From Dethiobacteria bacterium (lineage in GTDB: Bacteria; Bacillota; Dethiobacteria; DTU022; UBA8154), in assembly GCA_050942625.1 (NCBI GenBank), contig JBMNNS010000003.1:1-55951 (forward strand): a stretch of 55,951 nt of DNA, written 5' to 3'. Within the stretch, counting starts at the first letter, position 1. Each line of letters opens with the position of its first letter. Shown piece after piece: positions 17,481 to 27,107 of the stretch. A program made the position numbers and the translations under genes. Under the pieces are notes generated by a model. The model was given only the letters and a program-made list of their open reading frames with translations, was not told the origin of the DNA and ran no database searches.

Positions 17481-18161
17481 ATGGTTTATAGCAATAACTA
17501 TCAAAAAATCCAGAAAGGTGTGCAGCGGGCTGCAGCTAAAAGAGGTATTTCACCGCAGGACATTACCCTTGTTGCTATCAGTAAAAATGTAGCAGTAAAA
17601 TCCATTCAAAATGCCTATGAGCTGGGTATTAATAACTTTGGGGAGAATAGGGTCCAGGAGGCCCTGCCAAAAATTAAAGCACTGCCGGCCGGGATTCGCT
17701 GGCATTTCGTGGGCCACCTGCAAACTAATAAAGTAAAGTTTGTTCTTCCTTCTTTTAGCCTTATTCATTCCCTGGATCGCTATAGACTGGCCCAGGTCCT
17801 GCAGGAGGAAGGGGCAAAAAGGGATCAAAAAGTAGATGTATTACTGCAGGTTAATATTGCCGGGGAGAAAAGTAAGCATGGTTTCCAACAGGCGGAAGTG
17901 CAGGATGTTTTACAGGAAGTTTCTACTTATAGCCACCTGAGAGTAAGGGGCCTGATGACCATTGCTCCTTTCGTGCCCAATCCGGAAGAAGTGCGGCCTT
18001 ATTTTCGCACTCTTTACTGTTTGTTTAAAAGTATAAATATTCCTGAAGTTGAAATGAAGTATCTTTCCATGGGTATGACCAACGATTATGAAGTAGCAAT
18101 CGAAGAGGGTTCAAATATGATCCGGCTGGGTACCGCCCTCTTTGGAGACAGGGATCAATAA
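17481..18161 (+). CDS. yggS: YggS/YlmE PLP homeostasis protein
   Basis: VAISK, FGENRVQE, WHFVGHLQTNK, LSMGMTNDY and IRLGTALFG motifs. Confidence 0.95.
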   Translation: MVYSNNYQKIQKGVQRAAAKRGISPQDITLVAISKNVAVKSIQNAYELGINNFGENRVQEALPKIKALPAGIRWHFVGHLQTNKVKFVLPSFSLIHSLDRYRLAQVLQEEGAKRDQKVDVLLQVNIAGEKSKHGFQQAEVQDVLQEVSTYSHLRVRGLMTIAPFVPNPEEVRPYFRTLYCLFKSINIPEVEMKYLSMGMTNDYEVAIEEGSNMIRLGTALFGDRDQ

Positions 18162-18179
18162 TTTTGGAAGGTGACTAGC

Positions 18180-18602
18180 ATGAATTTTTGGGAAAGAATC
18201 TTAAGCGGCCTCGGTTTTTTGGAAGAAGAAAGAGAAGGACAGCTGGAGCTTGATAAAGGAAATAAACAATTCTGGAGAAAAGACAATGTTGTCAATTTTC
18301 CCTCGCCTGGGGAGAATTATCGTCTTGTAGTGGTTACCCCGGAAAGCTTTGGAGAAGTTGAAAAAATGGGTGAACAGCTGAAAAAAAAGCGTACCCTGGT
18401 CGTAAACTTTGAGAACATGGATGCCGGTGAAGCCAAAAGGACAGTTGATTTTTTAAGCGGGGTAACTTTTGCCTTGAACGGCAGTTTACAAAAAATTAGC
18501 CAGGAGATATTTGTTTTTGCCCCAGCAGGGGTTACCCTTAATTCAGATTTTCAGGTGCAGCTCACTGAAAGGGACTTCCGCCTAAAGGATACAGATGAAT
18601 AA
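18180..18602 (+). CDS. sepF: cell division protein SepF
   Basis: VVNFE...AKRTVDFLSGVTFALNG...IFVFAP; synteny. Confidence 0.9.
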   Translation: MNFWERILSGLGFLEEEREGQLELDKGNKQFWRKDNVVNFPSPGENYRLVVVTPESFGEVEKMGEQLKKKRTLVVNFENMDAGEAKRTVDFLSGVTFALNGSLQKISQEIFVFAPAGVTLNSDFQVQLTERDFRLKDTDE

Positions 18603-18631
18603 AATCATACTTGAAAGGGCGGTGCCACGTC

Positions 18632-18895
18632 ATGCTAAGGGATATGGTTTCTGCATTGTTCGATATTTTTTACTATTTAATATTAATTCGCATTATCCTG
18701 AGTTTTTTCCCTGTTAGTCCTTATGCCAATCCTACCCTTGCTAATATCATCTATTTTTTAAGGCAGTTAACAGAACCATTTTTGGCCCCTTTCCGGAAAA
18801 TTGTACCACCTCTACGGATGGGACTTGATCTATCCCCCATTTTGGCCCTCATTGTTTTAAGGCTTATCCGCAATTTTTTATTGACAATACTATAA
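18632..18895 (+). CDS. yggT: YggT/YlmG membrane protein
   Basis: LTEPFLAPFRK...LDLSPI motif. Confidence 0.9.
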   Translation: MLRDMVSALFDIFYYLILIRIILSFFPVSPYANPTLANIIYFLRQLTEPFLAPFRKIVPPLRMGLDLSPILALIVLRLIRNFLLTIL

Positions 18896-18902
18896 AGGGT
18901 GA

Positions 18903-19706
18903 ATGGATATGGCTATCTTCAACGAAAAACCGTCCTTAAATTATACTTCTCCAGCCGAAGAAAAATGGGCCAATCATCTATGGGCCTTGTTAGAAAAGGC
19001 TGCAGAAATAAATGTAGAACAATGGACCTTTTTTGCCGACCCCAGGCAACAGCAAATTGCCCGGGAATTACTGCAGCATTTTCCCATGCTAAAATGTTCT
19101 TTTTTTGGTGGGTATCCGGAGGCTGAAAGGGTAAGGATTTGTTTTTCGCCCTTCGCTGTCTCAGAACTCCCGGAAGGGGTAATTAGTTGTCTTAGCATTG
19201 AAGGTAGCTTTCCGGAGGGGACATTGACGCACAGGGATTTTTTGGGGGCGGTGCTGGGGCTTGGTATTAAAAGGGAAATGGTTGGGGATATCATTTACAG
19301 GGGTGGGAAGAAAGCCTTCCTTTTATTAACGGCTGGCTTGAAGCCTTTTGTATTGAGCAACCTGCAGGCAATAGGCAATTTTACCGTTAGCGTTACAGAA
19401 GTCCCCCTGGAAAATTTAGGAGAACAGTTTGGCCCTCCCCGTGTTAAGAAAATTAAAGGAACGGTAGCTTCTATGAGGCTTGATGCCGTTGCTGGCCTGG
19501 GATTCGGCCTTTCCCGTTCTAAAATAGCTCCCCTGGTGAAGGGTGGGCAGGTTAAGGTTAACTACCAGTTAGTGAACCAGCCCTCCCGTGTTGTCAAAAT
19601 TGGAGACCTTGTTTCACTCGCTGGCAGAGGAAGATTTGAAATCGTTGATACTATGGGAGAAACCCGGAAAGGCAGGATCCATCTTCTACTGCATCGTTTT
19701 CTTTAA
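18903..19706 (+). CDS. ylmH: YlmH S4-domain RNA-binding protein
   Basis: GGYPEAER, HRDFLGA, MRLDAV and GRGR motifs. Confidence 0.9.
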   Translation: MDMAIFNEKPSLNYTSPAEEKWANHLWALLEKAAEINVEQWTFFADPRQQQIARELLQHFPMLKCSFFGGYPEAERVRICFSPFAVSELPEGVISCLSIEGSFPEGTLTHRDFLGAVLGLGIKREMVGDIIYRGGKKAFLLLTAGLKPFVLSNLQAIGNFTVSVTEVPLENLGEQFGPPRVKKIKGTVASMRLDAVAGLGFGLSRSKIAPLVKGGQVKVNYQLVNQPSRVVKIGDLVSLAGRGRFEIVDTMGETRKGRIHLLLHRFL

Positions 19707-19804
19707 TGGAAACATTTTACTTGTTAGCAGGAATAGGGCGTTGGCTGTCGAAAAACCATAGATAAACAATTTTTTACCAATGCCATGGATAAGGAGTGAG
19801 TTAT

Positions 19805-20299
19805 GTGAGTTTATTGCCTTTGGATATACAGAATAAGGAGTTTGAGAAATCCTTTCGTGGCTACAAGACGGAAGAAGTAGATGAATTTTTGGAACAAATC
19901 TCAAGGAAGATGGAGGAGCTGATCAAGGAAAAAATAAGCCTGGAAGAAAAAATTGGACATCTGGAGGAAATGTTGAGCCAGTATCAAAAATTGGAAGACA
20001 CCCTTCACAATGCCATAATTGTTGCTCAGGAGGCCGCAGAAGACGTGAAGCGGAATGCCAACAAGGAGGCAGAATTGATCCGGCGTGAAGCGGAAAAAGA
20101 GGCCCAGCGCACTACGGAGGAGGCCCGTTACAAGGCAAGCCGCATCCTGGCCGAACATGAGGAGGTTTATAAGCAGGCCCAGGTTTTCAAACTTCGTTTC
20201 CGATCTTTTATAGAAGCCCAGCTTGCCTCCTTGGAGCTGGAGGACTGGCTGCACGTTGAACAAGACGAGGAAGAGGTAGACCTTCGGGACATTAGCTAG
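19805..20299 (+). CDS. divIVA: DivIVA
   Basis: PLDIQNKEFEKSFRGYKTEEVDEFL followed by coiled coil; GTG after AAGGAG. Confidence 0.93.
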   Translation: MSLLPLDIQNKEFEKSFRGYKTEEVDEFLEQISRKMEELIKEKISLEEKIGHLEEMLSQYQKLEDTLHNAIIVAQEAAEDVKRNANKEAELIRREAEKEAQRTTEEARYKASRILAEHEEVYKQAQVFKLRFRSFIEAQLASLELEDWLHVEQDEEEVDLRDIS

Positions 20300-20318
20300 C
20301 ATTTTTGTATTTTTAGGC

Positions 20319-20347
20319 TTGAAATCGGGCATAATAACGTTTATAAT
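20319..20347 (+). promoter_or_regulatory. sigma-A promoter of the ileS leader
   Basis: TTGAAA-17 bp-TATAAT. Confidence 0.7.
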
Positions 20348-20370
20348 TTTTTTATAAAATTATTTGTCAT

Positions 20371-20642
20371 AAAAACTATGAACGGGAGAGTAAGCGTTTT
20401 CATAGCTTTTTTAGCGAGCCGGGCAGGGTGAAAAGCCGGTAAAGCAGGGACGCCGAAGATCACCCGGGAGTTCTTTTTTCCAAAGCCAGATTGTGATTTG
20501 GGCAATAGCAATGGTTAGTAGAAAAAAGCGTACACAGCTGCGTTAAGCTGCCTAAGGGGTTGTGGCCTTCCGGGCTATAACAACTCAGGGTGGTAACGCG
20601 GGTAAATATCTCGTCCCTGTCAAGGCGGGATTTTATTTTTTT
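20371..20642 (+). ncRNA. T-box riboswitch (Ile)
   Basis: AGTA and AGCGAG..GGTGAAA stem I motifs; specifier GAAG-ATC (Ile) at 20459-20461; T-box AGGGTGGTAACGCG at ~20587-20600; terminator followed by a T-run; directly upstream of ileS. Confidence 0.92.
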
Positions 20643-20711
20643 ATTCTATAAATACTAAAGGAGGTTGGAAGTCTGGTTTTTTATCGCCGGGATACCTTAA
20701 ACCAGGCAGTA

Positions 20712-23543
20712 ATGATGGATTATAGCAAAACGTTGAATCTTCCGCAGACAGATTTTCCCATGAGGGCAGGGCTGCCCAAAAAGGAGCCCCAGATTTATGC
20801 ATACTGGGAAAAAATAGATCTTTATCATAAAATGCGGGGGAAAAGGGAAGGAGCGCCCCGCTTTGTCCTTCACGATGGCCCCCCTTATGCTAATGGCCAG
20901 ATCCACATGGGAACGGCATTAAATAAGGTGCTCAAGGACATTATCATTAAATATAAATATATGCAGGGTTATGATACTCCCTATGTTCCAGGGTGGGATA
21001 CCCATGGGTTGCCAATCGAACACCAGGTTATCAAAACGAAAAAGGTTGACAGAAAAGAAGTTTCCGATCTGGATTTCAGGTGCATGTGCCGGGATTATGC
21101 TCTGCATTTTTTGGATTTTCAAAGGGACCAGTTTAAAAGGCTTGGTGTTCTAGGTGACTGGGAAGATCCTTATATCACCTTAAAACCCGCTTATGAATCC
21201 GCACAGGTAGGAATTTTTGGACAGATGGCGCAAAAAGGCTATATTTACAAGGGCCAGAAACCCGTATACTGGTGTTCTGAATGCGAAACAGCCCTGGCAG
21301 AAGCGGAAATAGAATATTTTGAAAGTCGTTCCCCTTCTATCTATGTAAAATTCCCGGTGATTGATAACCTAAAAAAATGGGAAGAAGATCTAAAACCGGC
21401 CTTTTTCCTCATCTGGACAACTACACCATGGACCATACCGGCCAATATGGCGATTGCCGTAAACCCGTCTTTTACCTACCAGATCAGACGGGTTGGGGAA
21501 GAATACTATGTTCTGGCGAAGGAATTGGCAAACGAAGTTTTTAAAACCGTTGGGTTGCCAGAGGGGACCGTTTGCCAGGAATTTGAGGGCAGGGAACTGG
21601 AGGGGCTGGTTTGCCGCCACCCTCTTTATGAACGCGACTCTAAAATTGTGCTGGCCAATTATGTTTCCCTGGATCAGGGGACAGGTTGTGTGCATACTGC
21701 ACCAGGGCATGGGCAGGAGGACTATTTGACGGGATTGGAATATGGCCTGCCGGTTTATGCTCCTTTGAACGACCAGGGGGTCTTTACCGAGGAAGCAGGG
21801 GAATTTGCCGGGCTGCGTTATGATGAGGCCAATAAAGCCGTCACCATGGCCTTGGAACGGGAAAAGGCGCTTCTAAACCTTTCTTTTATTAAACACCAAT
21901 ACCCCCACTGTTGGCGCTGTAAAAGAGAGGTCATTTTTCGTGCCACAGAGCAGTGGTTTGCCTCTATCCAGGCCTTCAGGGAGGAGGCTCTGGAGGCTGT
22001 CAAAAAGGTGCGTTGGATTCCTTCCTGGGGTGAAGGGCGCATGAACAACATGATTGCTGATCGTAGTGATTGGTGCATTTCCCGCCAGAGGATCTGGGGG
22101 GTGCCGTTGCCGGTTTTTTATTGCGAAGATTGCGGTAAAACGATTCTAACAGAGGAAAGCATTGCTGCTGTTCAGGATCTCTTTCAAAAGGAGGGCTCTG
22201 ATGCCTGGTTTGTTTATGAGGCTGGGGAAATATTGCCCCCAGGTTTCCTTTGTCCTGCTTGTGGGGGATCACGGTTTCGTAAAGAAAAGGATATCATGGA
22301 CGTTTGGTTTGATTCCGGTTCCAGCCATGAAGCTGTTATGAATAACAGGGAAGATCTGCATTGGCCTGCAGAACTTTATCTGGAGGGGAGCGATCAGTTC
22401 CGGGGCTGGTTTCAGTCATCACTTTTGACTGCTGTTGCCACCAGAGGCGAACCCCCGTACCGCAGTGTCCTTAGCCATGGCTGGGTCGTGGATGGTGAGG
22501 GGAAAAAAATGTCCAAATCCCTGGGCAATGTCATTGCCCCCGAAGAAATAATCGAAAAATATGGTGCCGACATCCTGCGCCTCTGGGTCTCCAGTGCCGA
22601 CTTTACAAGCGATGTGCACCTTTCCAGTGGGATATTGAAACAGCTCAGCGAAATTTATCGTAAAATACGCAATACCTGCCGTTTTCTTTTAGGCAATTGT
22701 TTCGACTTTAACCCTGCAGAAGACGGGGTTAAATACGACAAACTGGAAGAAATCGATCGCTGGGCCCTGCACAGGCTCTACCAGCTGGTAGAAAAAACGA
22801 AACGAGCCTACGATAATTTCCAGTTCCATCAGGTCTTTCATGCCGTCCATAACTTTGCTGTGGTGGATATGAGCAGCTTGTATCTGGATATTATTAAGGA
22901 TCGTTTATACGTGCTGGAAAAGGATTCCCCCTCCCGCAGGGCTGCGCAAACAGTTTTGGCGGAGATCCTTAATACGCTGAACCGCTTGATTGCCCCCGTT
23001 CTCTCCTTTACAGCAGAAGAAATATGGTCCTACCTTCCTTACCGCAACGAGGAAAGTGTTTTATTAACCTCCTGGCCTGAGTTACCCACTTACTATCAGG
23101 ATGAGGAACTTGCAGAACGCTGGGAATTGTTGCTGCAGGTAAGGGAAGAGGTAAACCGTTTTCTGGAAAAAGGGCGAAAAGATAAATTGATTGGCAATTC
23201 CTTACAAGCCGGTGTTGAACTTTTCCCGGATGAGGAACTTTATGAAAAGCTAAAAGACTATTCTTCCTTCCTCCGTGAACTCCTTTTAGTGTCCTCCTGT
23301 GACCTGCATAAACCCGTTTCCATAGCTGCAGAAAAAGGCGGGGAAACACAAACCCAGGAAGGAATCGAGATTACGGAAGAAGCTGAAAAAGCACAAGAAT
23401 TGAACCTAAAGATTAAAATTAAAAAAGCAGCAGGTAACAAATGCCAGCGTTGCTGGGTTTACTCTCCCACAGTAGATGAAAGAAAAGACCACCCCGGGAC
23501 CTGCTCCCGCTGCGCAGCAATACTGGACCTGCAAGAAGCATGA
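20712..23543 (+). CDS. ileS: isoleucyl-tRNA synthetase (type 1)
   Basis: DGPPYANG, HMGT (HIGH motif), WCISRQR, KMSKS and C-terminal CQRCW...CSRC motifs. The start could be an in-frame CTG at 20673. Confidence 0.98.
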   Translation: MMDYSKTLNLPQTDFPMRAGLPKKEPQIYAYWEKIDLYHKMRGKREGAPRFVLHDGPPYANGQIHMGTALNKVLKDIIIKYKYMQGYDTPYVPGWDTHGLPIEHQVIKTKKVDRKEVSDLDFRCMCRDYALHFLDFQRDQFKRLGVLGDWEDPYITLKPAYESAQVGIFGQMAQKGYIYKGQKPVYWCSECETALAEAEIEYFESRSPSIYVKFPVIDNLKKWEEDLKPAFFLIWTTTPWTIPANMAIAVNPSFTYQIRRVGEEYYVLAKELANEVFKTVGLPEGTVCQEFEGRELEGLVCRHPLYERDSKIVLANYVSLDQGTGCVHTAPGHGQEDYLTGLEYGLPVYAPLNDQGVFTEEAGEFAGLRYDEANKAVTMALEREKALLNLSFIKHQYPHCWRCKREVIFRATEQWFASIQAFREEALEAVKKVRWIPSWGEGRMNNMIADRSDWCISRQRIWGVPLPVFYCEDCGKTILTEESIAAVQDLFQKEGSDAWFVYEAGEILPPGFLCPACGGSRFRKEKDIMDVWFDSGSSHEAVMNNREDLHWPAELYLEGSDQFRGWFQSSLLTAVATRGEPPYRSVLSHGWVVDGEGKKMSKSLGNVIAPEEIIEKYGADILRLWVSSADFTSDVHLSSGILKQLSEIYRKIRNTCRFLLGNCFDFNPAEDGVKYDKLEEIDRWALHRLYQLVEKTKRAYDNFQFHQVFHAVHNFAVVDMSSLYLDIIKDRLYVLEKDSPSRRAAQTVLAEILNTLNRLIAPVLSFTAEEIWSYLPYRNEESVLLTSWPELPTYYQDEELAERWELLLQVREEVNRFLEKGRKDKLIGNSLQAGVELFPDEELYEKLKDYSSFLRELLLVSSCDLHKPVSIAAEKGGETQTQEGIEITEEAEKAQELNLKIKIKKAAGNKCQRCWVYSPTVDERKDHPGTCSRCAAILDLQEA

Positions 23544-23560
23544 AACAAAAAACAAGAAGA

Positions 23561-23876
23561 ATGTCATCCTGAGCAGCGCGTTTTTATGTCATCCTGAGCA
23601 GCGTGTTTTTATGTCATCCTGAGCAGCGTGTTTTTATGTCATCCTGAGCGATAGCGAAGGATCTTAGTTTTAAGCTGTAATAGATTCTTCATTCACTTCG
23701 TTCATTCAGAATGACGTAATTCTGTGACGAGGGAACCGTCCCCTGTCACCGCACTGTCACCGCAGAATGACACAATTCTGGGACGGGGAACCGTTCTCAG
23801 CCATCTCTATTGTCATCCTGCATCTCTATTGTCATCCTGCATCTCTATTGTCATCCTGAGCGATAGCGAAGGATCT
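23561..23876. repeat. compound REP-like palindromic element with tandem expansions
   Basis: 3 x 25-bp ATGTCATCCTGAGCAGCGYGTTTTT (23561-23635). Arm TGTCATCCTGAGCGATAGCGAAGGATCT with counterpart AGATTCTTC...CAGAATGAC (23637-23715). Hairpin GTGACGAGGG..CCCCTGTCAC. 3 x 19-bp CATCTCTATTGTCATCCTG (23802-23858) ending in a second full arm. Confidence 0.85.
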
Positions 23877-23975
23877 AAGTATTAATAGCTTTTTTCCAGC
23901 AAAAGGATCAGGTTTAATACCTTTATTCAGGGAAATATATAATAAAAGACGACAATGCAGGGAGTCTTTATATTA

Positions 23976-24356
23976 ATGGGTTTTTTAAAACAAAAGGATA
24001 AAGGGCCGGCTGCTAAGGAGATCACCCAAAAAATAGATCAAGAAGGAACACTTTGGGAAGCCCTTCGTCAGGATGATGGTGTAGATGAAGGTGGGCTGGG
24101 CAATAGAATTGCGGATCTCTCTCAAAAACTTGAAAAGTTTAATTTAGCCGAGTATATGAATTATCTCAATAGCCCCAGGCGCTATATGATGTTTAATTTT
24201 ATGGCAGGGCTTTTTCGTGGATTTGGGATGGTGCTGGGGGTGACTATCCTTGGGGCACTTGTCCTCTATGTCTTGCAAAGACTGGTGGTTTTAAAACTGC
24301 CTGTGATAGGCGATTTTATTGCGGAGCTGATCCGTATCGTGCTGACATACCTTTAA
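23976..24356 (+). CDS. DUF5665-like membrane protein
   Basis: LAEYM...PRR...NFMAGLFRGFGMVLGVT...LPVIGDFIAE; typical position after ileS. Confidence 0.7.
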   Translation: MGFLKQKDKGPAAKEITQKIDQEGTLWEALRQDDGVDEGGLGNRIADLSQKLEKFNLAEYMNYLNSPRRYMMFNFMAGLFRGFGMVLGVTILGALVLYVLQRLVVLKLPVIGDFIAELIRIVLTYL

Positions 24357-24409
24357 CTAAATTTTCTTCTAATAGCTACGAAAATCTTTTGCTGGAATAG
24401 GGGTTAAAT

Positions 24410-25072
24410 ATGGCGTATATTGATTATGATTATTTCACGCAATTGTTAGAAAGGGAAAGAGACGAACTTCTAAAATTTGTCGGGCAGGAGGGGATGGGGA
24501 AGCAGGTTTCTTTTAAAGATAGTACCCAAGAGCTATCACTTTATGATAACCACCCTGCCGACACGGGATCAGAGCTATTTGAACGTTCCAAGGATCTATC
24601 CCTGCACGAAAGACGTTTAAGGGAGCTTGAGGAGATAAATATGGCGCTTGAACGTATCAGGGCTGGTAAATATGGGTTGTGCCTGGATTGTGGGCAACAG
24701 ATTCCCAGGGAACGCCTTGAGGGCCTCCCTTTTGCCTCTTTTTGTGTAAGTTGTAAAGAGGATAGGGAACAAAGGGAGCGGGAAGACCGCCCGGTGGAGG
24801 AAGATAACCTTTGTCCTCCTTTTAAGCGCACGTTTACAGACGGGAGTGATTACACAGGTTATGATGGCGAAGATGCCTGGCAGGACGTTGCTAAGTATGG
24901 AACTTCCGATACCCCCCAGGATGTGCCGGGATCCAGGGCTCACCCCTCCTTTGTCGACTCCGGTGAAGACATTGGTACCGTAGATCGCATGGATAGATTA
25001 CCATCACCAAGAACTAACAGGACTACTAAAAATAAGGGGGTAAACAATCCTGAAGATAAAGAAGGAAGTTGA
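24410..25072 (+). CDS. YteA-family TraR/DksA C4 zinc-finger protein
   Basis: ELSLYDNHPAD, YGLCLDCG...ERL...CVSC, RPVEE and YDGEDAWQDVAKYGTS motifs. Confidence 0.9.
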   Translation: MAYIDYDYFTQLLERERDELLKFVGQEGMGKQVSFKDSTQELSLYDNHPADTGSELFERSKDLSLHERRLRELEEINMALERIRAGKYGLCLDCGQQIPRERLEGLPFASFCVSCKEDREQREREDRPVEEDNLCPPFKRTFTDGSDYTGYDGEDAWQDVAKYGTSDTPQDVPGSRAHPSFVDSGEDIGTVDRMDRLPSPRTNRTTKNKGVNNPEDKEGS

Positions 25073-25580
25073 CTTTGGAAGGGATCGTTTATACAGTAAA
25101 ATTACAAAATGTTGCCCTTTCTTTTTCTCTAGCCTCCCCTTTTTTTTAATTGCTGCTTTTGTTTTTGCAATTGATCAGCTCAGTAAATTTTGGGTTGTCC
25201 AGAGATTTCTTCCAGGGGAAACCAGGCCGCTTCTTCCCAACATATTCCACCTGACCTATGTCCTGAACCCTGGTGCAGCTTTTGGGATCCTTGCTAACCA
25301 GAAAATTTTTTTCGTAGCTATTTCCCTATTAATTATTTTACTCATTGCCATTTTGGGGGTTATTATACCCGCCCGACATTATTTCTTACGCTTTGCGCTC
25401 TCTTTGCAGTTGGGAGGAGCATTGGGGAACCTGATCGACCGGATTAGGATTGGCTACGTTATTGATTTCCTTGACTTTCAGATATGGCCGGTATTCAATG
25501 TAGCTGATATTGCCATCGTGCTGGGAACAGGACTATTATTGATAAGTTTATTGCAAAATAAGTCTTTTTCAGGCAGTTAA
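25050..25580 (+). CDS. lspA: lipoprotein signal peptidase II (start uncertain)
   Basis: Frame is open from 25044 and contains IDQLSK, NPGAAFG, GALGNLIDR, VIDF and FNVAD. No ATG/GTG/TTG occurs before 25353. Candidate CTG at 25050 follows AAGGGGG. Confidence 0.85.
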   Translation: MKIKKEVDFGRDRLYSKITKCCPFFFSSLPFFLIAAFVFAIDQLSKFWVVQRFLPGETRPLLPNIFHLTYVLNPGAAFGILANQKIFFVAISLLIILLIAILGVIIPARHYFLRFALSLQLGGALGNLIDRIRIGYVIDFLDFQIWPVFNVADIAIVLGTGLLLISLLQNKSFSGS

Positions 25581-25595
25581 ACAAGGAAGAAATTT

Positions 25596-27075
<1,480 letters not shown>

Positions 27076-27107
27076 GTTAGGGTAACCAGGGGGCTGTTTA
27101 ATGTTTT

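Noticed and set aside
23561-23640. Second CRISPR array
   Set aside because: The units are head-to-tail tandem copies without unique spacers.
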